In this document: piece after piece, positions 14,600 through 26,589 of the stretch
How positions within the stretch are numbered: the first letter of the stretch is position 1
How the letters are laid out: each line of letters begins with the position of its first letter
The notes under the pieces: generated by a model
Database searches by the model: none
What the model saw: the letters and a program-made list of their open reading frames with translations, nothing else
What the model was told of the DNA's origin: nothing
Origin: Eledone cirrhosa
Taxonomy: Eukaryota
NCBI GenBank assembly: GCA_964016885.1
Contig: OZ024741.1
Span: 328,166,001 to 328,230,000, forward strand
DNA length: 64,000 nucleotides
Direction of reading: 5' to 3'
Made by a program: the position numbers and the translations under genes

Positions 14600-15097
14600 A
14601 CACATACACACACACACACACATATTTGTTGTGAAAGAGTCATTTCTCAATCTTGGCGCAAAACCAATTTTTTATCCACATGACCACTACCGACCAATCA
14701 AAATTGTTTTGACCACTAATTTTTGCTGGAGCCACTTTTTTAACATTTTAACATAAAAACAGTCTTGGCGCAAAATCAACTTTTTACATTCACATGACCT
14801 CTACCGACCAATCAAAATTGTTTTGACCACAAGCATTTTTGCAATACAAAAATAACGCTGGAGCCACTTTTTTAACATAAAAACAGGTAGAATTCCCAAA
14901 ACTAATCAGATCAGAGCAAACAGCACGGACACTCTATCTCAAAATTATTTTTGAAAAGCATTTAGAAATGCGCAACCGGTAAAAACTTAAAAACTTAAAA
15001 CCACAACTGAATACTAACCCATACAATCACTAATACTCTTTTATTCCTAATTAAACCATTTTTCAACTGTGAACAATTTGTCAGCATTTTCTATTCC

Positions 15098-15102
<5 letters not shown>
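13521..15102. repeat. Long inverted repeat (~420-bp arms containing internal sub-repeats)
   Basis: 13521-13941 is the near-perfect reverse complement of ~14680-15102. The spacer is CA-rich. Confidence 0.9.
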
Positions 15103-15144
<42 letters not shown>

Positions 15145-15161
15145 AATGTATATATATATAT

Positions 15162-15665
15162 ATATGGTTTGCCTGTCTCGATTTAAAGTAATAAATCAAT
15201 AAATATAACAAACCTATATCTGGCAACTGCGGTTTGATACCTAAAAATAGCAGTCGGTTTTATGAGACTAAAGTTAGCTCTACGTAAGGAGCCGAGAACA
15301 TCATAGATTGAGTTAGAAACTCAAAATAGTTTCAGACTATTTTGAGTTTCTAACTCGGCTCCATACGTAGAGCTAACTTTAGTCTCATAAAACCGACTGC
15401 TATTTTTAGCGGCATGCGTATGAGACGCGCTAGGCGCTGCAGCATGTGCTTCTATATCAACACATAGTTGAGTCTTCTTAGATCTTTTGAAGTGAAAGAT
15501 AAGAATTTCCTGGATAGTCGCAGAAGAGCACAGAAATGCAGGCTTTCACTTAATAATTCTGGCGGAACAGATTTATATCTGACCGGGTATCAAACGGCAG
15601 TTGCTCGATATAGGTTAGTTATTTTTATTGATTTATTACTTTAAATCGAGACAGGCAAACCATAT
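15162..15665. repeat. Nested hairpins
   Basis: Outer arms 15162-15241 / 15586-15665; inner hairpin 15241-15409; innermost gagttagaaactcaaaatagt/actattttgagtttctaactc. Confidence 0.85.
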
Positions 15666-15775
15666 TGTTTTAAAGTAGTATTTTTTCAACCTAGCTAACT
15701 TGGTCATTCGTAATTCCAACACATGTATACTTGAGCTATTTAATTGTAAAAGACTATTTTGAATTTCGAACTCAA

Positions 15776-15849
<74 letters not shown>

Positions 15850-16525
15850 AGTGTAGAACCATTACTCAACACAGTACTCCATACTTGGAATAGTAAAGTA
15901 TGTCTATATTATATATAGGCGGGGTGCGACAGCTGAGCTCTTGGCAACAGCTTGTTCCAGACAGTTACCCAAAACAGCATTCCACCTTATCTTAACAATT
16001 CACCCATATCTACATAAGTTAGTAAACATACAGATACAGACGGATGCCCACATATACACACACATACATATACAAAATTGGACAGCTACACACCCATACA
16101 CATAACAACTCCCTAATTATAAAAATATATGTATCTGTATTTGTATATAGAAAATACAATCACATCATTTTAAAACTTTTCTGCAACATCCTACGAAAGA
16201 AATTTCCAATTGGATATCAGTTTATACCCTTATATCGATAAGCCTCGTCCCTGATGATATGGCCAGTTAACTATGAGCCCTTCAGGATTACAGCCATGAA
16301 TTAGCTATTGAAACGACAAGAGAATAGCTGTAGATCTGTATATATATATATATATATATATATTGTTATACTTTGGGAGGGTCATGTTGCCAATAAGAAA
16401 CACACGCACCAGCTGCTTTCACTTCAATTTATTATATATTTATAAATTTATAAATTTACAAATTTACAAACTTATAAATTTCTGGTTGGTTGGTTGGTTC
16501 CACAACCAGATAGTTGTTTATATAT

Positions 16526-16570
16526 AGTCATAGTCCTTTCGTCATACACTCTGTGACCTCTTCAGTGACT
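16526..16570 (-). ncRNA. Minimal hammerhead ribozyme
   Basis: Reverse complement reads agtca-CTGAAGA-g-gtca cagagtgta tgac-GAAA-ggac-TA-tgact. Confidence 0.7.
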
Positions 16571-16911
16571 GTGGATTCCTTTCTTCGTTTCTGTGCCTTT
16601 CCTTTCTTCTATCCTACGCCATTTTGTTTCTGTGTTTGTGTTGTATTCTCAGTTTGCGCATGCGCCACATCCGGGTGTCTGTGTGTGTTTGCGTTCATTT
16701 ATCTATTTGTTTATTTATTGGCAACATGACCCTCCCAAAGTATAACAATATCGGTTTCAACACACGATTTCAGATAAAGAATCTTGCTAAACAAATTCAG
16801 AAACGATATATATATATATATATTTATTAAAATAACAGATTAAAGTTTAAGCAAAGGATTTTAGTCTAGAAACTAGATTTTTGTGTAGAACATTACACTT
16901 TTCATATATAT

Positions 16912-16959
<48 letters not shown>

Positions 16960-16990
16960 AGTGTAATTTTCTACACAAAACGAAGGTTAT

Positions 16991-17225
16991 AGAGAAAATT
17001 GAGGTTGGTAATGGCACATGGAATATATAAGAGACAGAATACTTTTTTGTGAAAAAACATATAATTTTATAAGGTAAGGAAATAATAAAGGGTATAAAAA
17101 ATGACCGGTTTCGATGGGTCTTTTTTTATACCCTTTATTATTTCCTTACCTTATAAAATTATATGTTTTTTCAAAAAAGTATTCTGTCTCTTATATATTC
17201 CATGTGCCATTACCAACCTCAATTT

Positions 17226-17230
<5 letters not shown>
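16991..17230. repeat. ~240-bp near-perfect hairpin
   Basis: agagaaaattgaggttggtaatggc... / ...gccattaccaacctcaattttctct; loop at ~17106-17116. Confidence 0.9.
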
Positions 17231-17258
<28 letters not shown>

Positions 17259-17259
17259 T

Positions 17260-17290
<31 letters not shown>

Positions 17291-17313
17291 CAATAATAAT
17301 AATAATAATAATA

Positions 17314-20300
17314 GTGCTTTCTTTATTAACCACAAGGGTTTACACAAAGTAGGCATTAAGGACAGTACAGGACAATACAGGACGATACGAAAGGGCATTT
17401 CAGGGTGTAAAAAAAACAAAAAACAGAGGATGTAATAATAGAACAATGAAAAAAATTCCCCAATAGGGGGGAGACTTCCGGGGGACATTCGTGGAGAAAG
17501 CCCATTAAAAACCCACAGTGACCCTGACCACCAAGGGAAGTGCCCTCTCCCAGTTGTCCACCTTTAATTTACCGACACATACTCAGAGTAGGCCCATTCA
17601 CTCGGGCCATTCTTGCTTCTCTCACCCATCTTTCAACAAAATGCTGGGAAGAGAGCACTTCCCTCTCTACCCTGATTCTCCTTTTCAAATGAAATTTGAA
17701 ATAGTCTATCGGGGCATCAACGAGCTTCTTCAGCCCTTTCAAAAGTGTCCACCATACTATCTCTTTCGCCATGGCCACCAGACAGATAAAAACTGCCTGC
17801 CCTTCGCGTCTAAAGCACGATGGACTCAGCTGATAGCCGGATCCGTCCTACACGCGACAGCAGGTGTTCGACATAAACCAACAAGTCAGCAATTCTCGGA
17901 CACTGGACCAGTGCGTGCAGGACGGTTTCGTCACCCTGCGCGCATCTCGGACACGCCCGGCTGACGGCACCTCCATGCCTGTAGAGTTTATCCCAAACTG
18001 GCAAGGTTCCTCGGTAGCACTGCCAGGCCAGGGATTTCTGGAAGTTGTCCATAGGCCCCGGCCCGAAAGTTCTCCCGAAGAGATTGGCTAGTTGATTTTC
18101 GTCGAGGCCTAGAGTTACCCCAAGTACGTCGTCGCTCTTCCCCTCCACTAATCCTCTATAGAACGCCGAGGTGGAGTTTCCACCGATCACATGGGCCGAT
18201 TGGTCGAGGGTTGTGAGCGCTTGAAGACATTACAGTCTCCAAGCACTCCCTCTCGGTCTTCGCTTGACCCAGGACTGCAACTCCGTCAAGGAAAGACGCG
18301 TCTAGCAAACGGCGACCACACCTGATCACCGTCGAGGAAGAGGTTGAGATGTCGTAGCCTGAGCACGTGTCTGCGCATCATCAGTCACGGCATGCCCATG
18401 CCTCAACGTAGCGGATGTTAACAAAAGATGGATCCCCTGACCATCGGAGCGCGTCCCTTCCACAAAAGGCGAAAGAGCAAACGCTCCAGCACAGTCAGGC
18501 GGGGCTTAGGACATGGTAAGACGGTCAAGCGGTAGTAGATGACGGACTCGATGTACGCGTTAGCCACCTCCGCTCGACCTTTCAGGGATAGCTTCCTCTC
18601 GGCCCATTTCTGGGTGAGAGAAGCCACCCTGCTCGTCACCTCGTCCCAGTTTTTGTCCGTCTGGAGGTCTGGACCGAAGCAGACACCGAGCAATTTAACT
18701 GGTCCGTCCGCCCAGCGCCCGACGACGCTGTTGGCCGGCATGGACCTGTCTCTCCAGGTGCCGAGCTGCAGGCCCACTGACTTTTCCTGGTTGATCATTG
18801 CTACTGTCACCGCTTCGTATTCTCTTAGTGAAGTGCCGATCGCCTCGATGTGTTTGGCGTTCGACACCACTATGGTGACATCGTCCGCATATGCTGACAC
18901 GGATCTTCCAAATCCTAGTTCGCGCGAGACACCCCTCAACGTCTCCAGTTTGTGCAGTAATGGCTCGAGAGTCAATATGTACAAGAGGGACGAGAGGGGA
19001 CATTCTTGGCGGACCGAGCGTATGATGTTGAACGGTTCCGAAAGGTGACAGTTCACTCTCACCACAGAGCAGATGTCGCTGTGCATGGCAGCGATCCAGC
19101 CTCTAAAGACGGGCCCAAAGCCAGCTGCCTTCAGGACTGCCGCTAAGTAACGATGGTCGACCCTATCAAAGGCTTCGACTGATCTAAATTGATCAAGGAC
19201 CCACCCGTACCAGGTTCCCTAGCTACCCTCTCTACCATGTATCACATGAGCTGGAGGTTGTCGTGCATGGATCTGTCGGGAAAGGCGTATGTCTGCGCCT
19301 CTCCCACCAGACCACCAACGACAAGCGCGAACCTTTTTGCTAGCACCTTGGCCCAAATCTTGAACTCTGTGTTTAGCAGAGTTATGGGCTTGAAATTATC
19401 TATGTTATCCCCCTTGTTCGGATCCTTTCTCAGCAGCGCCACAGGTCCTCGGCTCACAGAGCTGGGAATTATCCCGTTCTGTTGCCAGTTGCAGTAGACG
19501 TCCGCCAAGAGGCCTCCGAACAAGTCTGGCATATGTATGTAAAGTTCATAGGGCAGACCATCCAAACCAGGCCATTTACCCTTTGTGCAGCCAGTCATTG
19601 CCTCCCGTACTTCAGCGGCTGTTATCGGCTTTTCGCAACACTCCGCCTCAGTGGCCGAGAGCCGCGGCAACCCGTCGAGGTAGACACAAAAGTCCATCCC
19701 TCGAACCGGCCCGGCGATGCCCCCGAACAGCAGAGCGAAGTGTCGCTGAAAAGCTTCACATTTTTTCCCGGGATCGAGTAGCATGCGCCCGTCGTGGTCC
19801 ACCAAAGACCGGATCGTGGCTTTGTTGCCATGACGCGCCTCCACCACTCGGGCCCATTGAACGGCCTTCGTCCCCTCGTGTCTAGCTCTGACAACGTAGC
19901 CTTTGTGCTTTGCATTGAAGAATTGGTCAAGGGCCAATTTCGCCGAAAGTACGTCGGTCGCGAAGCCTTTGCTAAGCGCCTCGTCTAATTTTCTAACTAG
20001 TTCTCCCTCTGCTCTATTTTTCTCTATAGCAAAAGCCTTACTAAACCTAATTGACTCTATTCTAATAGCTCTTTTCAGAGGAAATCACCACTTGTTGTTG
20101 ATAATTGCTCCCGTCAACGCCCGCTTAACTAGTTCGCTAATCCGGTCTCTGTAGGTCTAGCTTCCAGTAGCCGGGTCGTTGTCTATGAAGCCTATCTAAG
20201 TCAACCACACATATCAGGAATTTGTGGTCCGTGTAGCTGACTATCTTGAATTGTGGACAGCCTATGCTAGACCTATCTATTTCCCTACAAAATACTCTAT

Positions 20301-23051
20301 CTTGATATGATCTGGATGACCCGATGCGGTTTGTCAAAGTCCACATTGGCACATTCGGGAAATCCAATCGGTACCTGTCAGACAGTTCAAAACGCCTAAG
20401 TAGGTTGGTGAGGGTCTTGCACCCTCCTCCCCTATCCGCTAATCCCACACAGTCCCAGCGTGCATCTAAGATCCCGTTCCAGTCGCCCACTAACGCTAAA
20501 GAGCGGGACGTTTCAAGAAAGGTCTCCAGACGCCGGAAGAAATCAGGCCGCCCTGCTCCTGTCGGGGCATAGACGGCCACTAGCCTGAAAGCTTGCCCGT
20601 CTCCGCAGGTCACGTCCAGCACCACCAACTTACCTTCTAGGTCCAGGAATTATGGCGAGATCCAAACCTCTCCGAAAAGGCACAGCAACTCCTCCCCCCG
20701 ATCCAGGACGGCTGAGAGATGCGTACACATCGTAGCCGCCGAAGATCGGTGCGAAGGCCCGTGCTTCCGAGATTCTGGTCTCACTGGTGGCCACTACATA
20801 TATATTTAGTAACCTGTGGTCGTTGAGCAGGTAGCCCTGCTTCCATGACGACCTCAAGCCACGCGCATTTATGCTGCCTATTCTGAGTGAGGTCATGTTG
20901 AAATGGAGTGGAAAAGATGGCAAAGACCACTTACCTTACTTCTCGTAGAGAAAGGATGGTTTCTCCATCCTTTTCACTGCTTGTGGCCTCCTCCAGAAGG
21001 ATGTCCTTATAAATCCTCCTGGAGAGTGTTTGTTTCCGATGTCTTTGGGGAATTTTCATTTTAGTGTCGTGTACGTTTTCTGTGATGCGAGTGATTTTTA
21101 TGTGTGGAGGTGGTGTGAACTTTTGGGTTGTTGTGTAGTCTTTTTCTGTGATGCTGGTGTTGTGTTGGATGTAGTGTAATAATTGGTTGTTGTTCAAATT
21201 TAATGCTGTGTAGTGTGTATCGTTTTGGTTCTTTTGATTTGTTTGCGTTTGTTGTGGGTTTGTTTCTGTTTCGCTTTTTGGTCACTTTTGTGGTGTTGGT
21301 GATGGTGGTGTTGGGGGTTAATGATGGTGATGGTGTTGGTGTTTGTGGTGATGGGGTTGGTGATGCTGGTGTGGATGGTGGCATCGCGGTCCTAACTTTT
21401 TTGTTTGATAGTTTATTTGTTTCCTTCTGTATTTTGTTTTTGGAGGGGGAAGGAAGTGGATTTCTTCTTTTTTGGCTTCTTTTTCTTTTTTTTAATTCCT
21501 GATACAGTTTCCCACTCCTCCGCGTCACAATCTGTCTCCAGTTGCGATAGATCGGGGAGTGGAAAATCATCCACAGGCGTTGGTTTTGGTTGTGGCGTGA
21601 TGGATGGTGGAGGCGCTGGTGCTAGTTCTGGCGCGGTGGGTGGTGGTGGTGTTTGATTTTGCTACTGTTGCTGGGGTTGTTGCTGCTACAGTTGCTTCTG
21701 TTGTGGCTGCTACATTTGTTGCTGCAATTTCTGCTGCTGGTGGTGTTGATGGTTGAGTCACTGACGTAGGTAAGAGAGGTGGCCTTAACTTTTTAGCCTG
21801 AGGGCAGAAAGCCTTTAGGTGGGTTCTTTCACCACAAACGACACACCTAGGCCTTCTACTCTCGATGATTACGGTGAAGTGGCTGCCGTCAGTGAGGTCT
21901 ATTACCTCTGGGATTTCCTCAATGCTTTTTTTGGTCCGCTTGGATCAGGAGCTCCAGCCCAGATCCGGACCAGTTCTCCTGCTTTTCTTTTGATATTTCA
22001 ATTATTTTGATTTTGGCCTCGATGCCGGCGAGGACGGCAGCCATTAGTCAGGGAATTTCCATGGCCGGTGGAGCGTGGGTCACCCTGATCTTCACGAGTC
22101 TCTGGCCACAATAGCTTGGGACGAGTGTGAAGTCGTCGCTTCTTAATGGGGACATTGAGTGCTCTCTGGCCTCCTGTGGTGTTCCAAAGAACACGTCCAC
22201 GGTTTGATATTTCTGCCCACTTCTGATGTGGGTTTGTTCCGCCCACACATGTTCCAAAGCTTTTTGGATTTGGGACTCGGATGCCCGTTCCACACGGCGC
22301 GATTTTGTGTTAATCGTCCGATAAGGCACGATGCTCCATTTTATTAGGGGGGTGGTGAGGCTGACTCTGTACCCATCTTTGTTTACCATTCTCTTGGCTT
22401 CATTTAACTTCCTCCTGAGTTACCTCGACTGTTTCGCATTTCTTGGCTGCTTTGGCAAACGACACATTTGCGGTGGTGTTGATGTTTTTTGTTGTTATTC
22501 TCATTATTGTTGTTGCTGTTGTTGTTATTGTTATTTTTAGTTCCAATTGTGGTGGTGGTGGCGTCAGTGGTGTTCGGTGTGGAAGAGTCGATTCTGGGTG
22601 AATCCATTTCGATGTCACGAGATAATAATTTATTTTTTTCTTTTGTTTCCGTTGTCACTGTGGTGGTGGTGGGGGTGGCGGCTTTAACACCTGCAGTTTC
22701 TGGTAATGGCGGGAAGTGAATATTAGCATGAGACAAATTTAAATTATTGCTACTGCTTATATATTTAGTGTTGGCAAACGTAGTAATATTTACAATGGTG
22801 GTGTTGGTGTCAGCTTCGTGTAGCTGTGAATCGTCCATAATTTTCTCAAAACAATTTTTGTTTGATAATTATAAAAGTTTAAATTTTGGGCTCAAGGCCC
22901 CAATCTTTCTGAGTGTTCTTTTCTGAAAGCAATATATGTGACCTTATAAACACTTAACAACAAATATTTTCCATGAATGGCAATTTGAAACAACTGAAAA
23001 CAACAAACCTTTGCGGTGCTCACGATAATACGATTTCCTACGGAGGTCGCC
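17314..23051 (-). mobile_element. Apparently full-length but decayed Tx1/L1-clade LINE (~5.7 kb)
   Basis: ORF1 remnants (22838 to ~20935) with CCHC knuckle CVVCGERTHLKAFC near 21802-21845. ORF2 with APE endonuclease, RT and zinc finger. AATAAA near the 3' end; (AAT)n at both ends. Confidence 0.9.
17569..20896 (-). pseudogene. LINE ORF2 (APE endonuclease-RT-CCHC), frameshifted
   Basis: GSINARGL, SETR, GGGVAV, VYAP, GDWN, TDHK, GYWKL; PGLDGLPYE, PITLLN, AYADD; CPRC...ETVLHALVQC. Motifs are spread over several frames. Confidence 0.9.
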
Positions 23052-23073
23052 AATAATAATAATAATAATAATA

Positions 23074-23694
23074 GGAAACTGTGGCTCACATTGTATCCGA
23101 GTCTAAACACTTAGCCCAGACTCACTATAAACGCTGGAGACATGATGTGATGGGCAGGGTGATCCACTGGCACCTATGCAAAGTAAACAATTTACCACAT
23201 TGTGAGAAGTGGTATGAGCATAATCCAGAGTCGGTGATAGAAAACGATCAGGTGGAGATGCTATCGGATTTCAGGATACAGACGGACAATAAACTGGAAC
23301 ACAGTAGGCCTGACCTGATGGTTTTGGACAAGGAAAAAAGATCGTGCCTGATTGTAGATGTAGCCTGCCCATTTGACACGAGAGTGCAAGAAAAGGGGAG
23401 GGGGAAAATTAACCGATACCAGGACTTAAAATGGGAGGTAAAAAGGATTTGTAACTATCATGAATTCAGAGTCGTCCCGATTGTCATAGGCGCACTAGGT
23501 ACTATCGCAAAGAGTTTCCAAGGATGGTTAAAAAAAATAGTCCAACGTCGCTTTCTGGAACACCTCAAAAAGGCATGCTTGCTGGGAACAGCAAGAACAT
23601 TCCGATACGTCCTGAATATCTGAGGCTGCAGGTAGCGGCTTGATATTCATTTCAACAAACTTTCCAGTTAACTAACATCAATGACTCAGACTTA
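23074..23694 (+). mobile_element. 3' fragment of an R4/Dong-type non-LTR element (family A, REL endonuclease)
   Basis: ETVAHIVS...RHD...IHW...RPD...IVDVACP...KINRYQDL...VVPIVIGALG; followed by an (AAT)n tail. Confidence 0.85.
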
Positions 23695-23747
<53 letters not shown>

Positions 23748-23749
<2 letters not shown>

Positions 23750-23830
23750 CTTTCTTTATTAACCACAAGGGTTTACATAAAGTAGACATTAAGGACAGTA
23801 CAGGACAATACAGGACGGTACAAATGGGCA
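23748..23830 (-). mobile_element. 3'-terminal ~80-bp fragment of the Tx1/L1 family
   Basis: Near-identical to 17315-17385; (AAT)n on both sides. Confidence 0.85.
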
Positions 23831-23868
23831 TAATAATAATAATAATAATAATATTAATAATAATAATA

Positions 23869-25175
23869 AGCACAGAGATCCGTAGGCTCGATACAAAAAT
23901 CCGAAAATTCTTAACCATGCACAGAATGCATCACCCTAAGGCAGACATAGATAGAATGTATCTCCCTAGGAAAGAAGGAGGACGTGGTTTAATCCAGTTA
24001 GACATTGCGTTGAAAACTGCAACAATTGGATTATCCACATATCTAAGGGATTCACATGATTGGATGATCAAACTCGTTTTGAAACACGAAAGCACCAAAA
24101 GATCATATTCCATTACAAAAGATGCACAAAGATACAGTAATGGACTACACATTTCAGAAGTCCCATTTACTGCTGAAATGGAAAACACAGAAAAAGCAAA
24201 GCAGGTAAAAGTAACTGCAAAGAAAGAACTGCTACATAAACTGGCTAAGAAATGGCAAGAAAAGCCTCTGTATGGAAAATACCCAGAACGAGCTAACAAT
24301 CCTGATGTTGACAAAACTTTAACCCATCAGTGGTTGGCATCCTCTGGACTGAAATCGGAGACTGAAGGACTGATTATATCGGCACAAGATCAGTGTCTGC
24401 CAACAAAAAAGTACCAAGCCAACATAATAAAAAATGGGTGCAGCCCATTATGCCGTGTATGCAAAAAACAACCAGAGACCATTGACCATATAATTTCAAT
24501 GTGCAGTCCTATAGCTCCAACCGAATACCTAAACAGGCATGACAGAGCTGCACAATACATACATTGGATAATGTGTAAGCATTTTGACCTGCCCCATCAA
24601 AAGAATTGGTGGGAGCATCAACCACCTCCCATACTTGAAAAAGATCACATCTAAATCTTGTGGAATTTTAGCATCCAAACAGACCGAAAAATAGATTCAA
24701 ATAGACCTGATATAATATTGAAGGACTTTCAAAGGAGGGTATGCCTGCTAATTGAATTGTCTGTTCCAATAGACAAGAATGTATCTATAAAAACATTTGA
24801 AAAATTGAGCAAGTATAAGTTCCTGGGGATAGAAATTGGAAAAATGTGGAAATTGAGAACTAAAACAATACCAGTGGTTGTAGGCGCTCTGGGAATGATA
24901 CCTAAGGGGTCTAACGACTACTTATCGCAAATCCCAGGAAACCCGCGTATAGGAGAAATACAAAAGATAGTACTAATGGGAACTGCCCATATACTAAGGA
25001 AGATCCTGTCAATATAAGTACATCACAAGTCTAAACACTAAGGATGCATGTGTGAATATGTATGTTCTTTCTTGAACATGGCGGACCTTGTTGTCTCTTG
25101 AGGTCACTGGTTGTGACTTGGTGATAACACGTATGAACATAAAGCAAGATAAATGCAAATAATAATAATAATATT
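23869..25175 (+). mobile_element. 5'-truncated R4/Dong-type element (family B)
   Basis: Highly similar to 37260-38580. CRVC...HIISMC...RHD and RPD...EKLSKY motifs; one stop at 24652; (AAT)n tail. Confidence 0.9.
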
Positions 25176-25199
25176 AATAGTCCATATTCTTTTCTCCTA

Positions 25200-25514
25200 T
25201 TACTCAGTATTTTTTTCTAAATTTGTATGTTGCTTGAAATGTTTTCCCAGATTTATGGATGTAATTTGCAAATAACTCGCTTTTTGTGTTAATTAAATTA
25301 CCATAATTGGTATTTATTAATAGAGTTTCTAAATCACAAAGATTGCGATTTGGTGAGAGGGAAGCCTTTCGAAAAGACTCAGAGTTTCTAAGTTTACTCC
25401 AAGAAACTGAGTAATTAATATTTTTCTCTTTTAAAGACCATATTAATTGTGATAATGAAGTAGAATGTTCTTTTTATCTGGATTTGAGAAAGAATGTTTA
25501 TGATTGGAAAAGCG
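25200..25514 (-). pseudogene. PLE GIY-YIG C-terminal fragment
   Basis: Reverse translation gives RFSNHKHSF...STSLSQLIWSLKEKNINYSVSW...LCDLE...NLINTKSELF. Confidence 0.75.
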
Positions 25515-25570
25515 CTGATGAGGGCGTACTGAAAAAAACAGTACAGCACCTCCGAAATATATGTAATAAA
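25515..25570 (+). ncRNA. Hammerhead core lacking the 5' strand of stem I
   Basis: CTGATGA-gg gc gtactg a7 cagtac a gc acct cc-GAAA-tatatg-TA. Confidence 0.55.
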
Positions 25571-25671
25571 ACTTATATTTTGATTATGTGAACGTATTCA
25601 TTTATTAATATTCTGAATAATATATATATATATATATATATATATTAGTATATATATATATACATATATAC

Positions 25672-26370
25672 ATATGTGTAAATATGGAGAAAAAGAGGAT
25701 TATTAGGAAGAAAAATTTTTTTTTTCGTTTAGTTTTTTCTCTTTTTTCTTTTTTATCTCTTTCTGGGTTAGAAAATGTTTAAAAGGAAATATTTTACTTT
25801 GTGTGAAGTTTTAAGGTATTAGTTATTTTATTCATTAATTAACAATAAGCATTGATTTATTTATAATATTATTCTTTCTTTCCCATTTCCTTAACATCTT
25901 CAAGATCACCTTATTTTCTCCCGAACATTTTATACCAATACAAATTCTCCCCTTTGATAATGCATAAAATGCTGAAACTAGTAAGAGACAAGTATTATAT
26001 ATATCAATAGATAAATAAATAAATAAATGCTATTGTTAATTAATTAATAAATTAACTAATACCTTAACACTTCACATAAAGTAAAATATTTTGTTTTAAA
26101 CATTTTTTAACCCAGAAAGAGAGAAAAAATAAAAAATAAAAAATAAAAAAGAGAAAATAAAAAATAAAAAATAAAAAATAAAAAATAAAAAATAAAAAAT
26201 AAAAAATAAAAAATAAAAACTAAAAAAATAAAAAATAAAAAATAAAAAATAAAAAATAAAAAATAAAAAATAAAAAATAAAAAATAAAAAATAAAAAATA
26301 AAAAAGAGAAAAAATAAAGGAAAACATTTTTTCTTCCTAATAATCGTCTATTTTTCCCGATTTACATATA
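25672..26370. repeat. Diverged inverted repeat; right arm expanded by (AAAAATA)n
   Basis: 25672-25853 pairs with 26026-26370; heptamer array at ~26125-26305. Confidence 0.8.
25946..25988 (+). ncRNA. Minimal hammerhead, U3-A8 variant
   Basis: tctcccct-TTGATAA-t gcat aaa atgc t-GAAA-ctag-TA-agaga; palindromic stem III; AATAAA downstream. Confidence 0.6.
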
Positions 26371-26413
26371 TAAATATATATATTCCAACCTCGTGTGCTC
26401 CTTCTCCACATTT

Positions 26414-26484
<71 letters not shown>

Positions 26485-26589
26485 CCACACTTCAACCTGA
26501 AGGATCATAAATCAAACTTTAACTCAAATCCTTCTATAAGACTTATATGTCCCTCCAAATCAGATATTGGAATAATTAGCAAAAAAATT

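Noticed and set aside
16245-16335. CTGATGA...GAA hammerhead candidate
   Set aside because: Stem II is plausible but stems I and III are mismatched under both possible registers; at best a decayed remnant.
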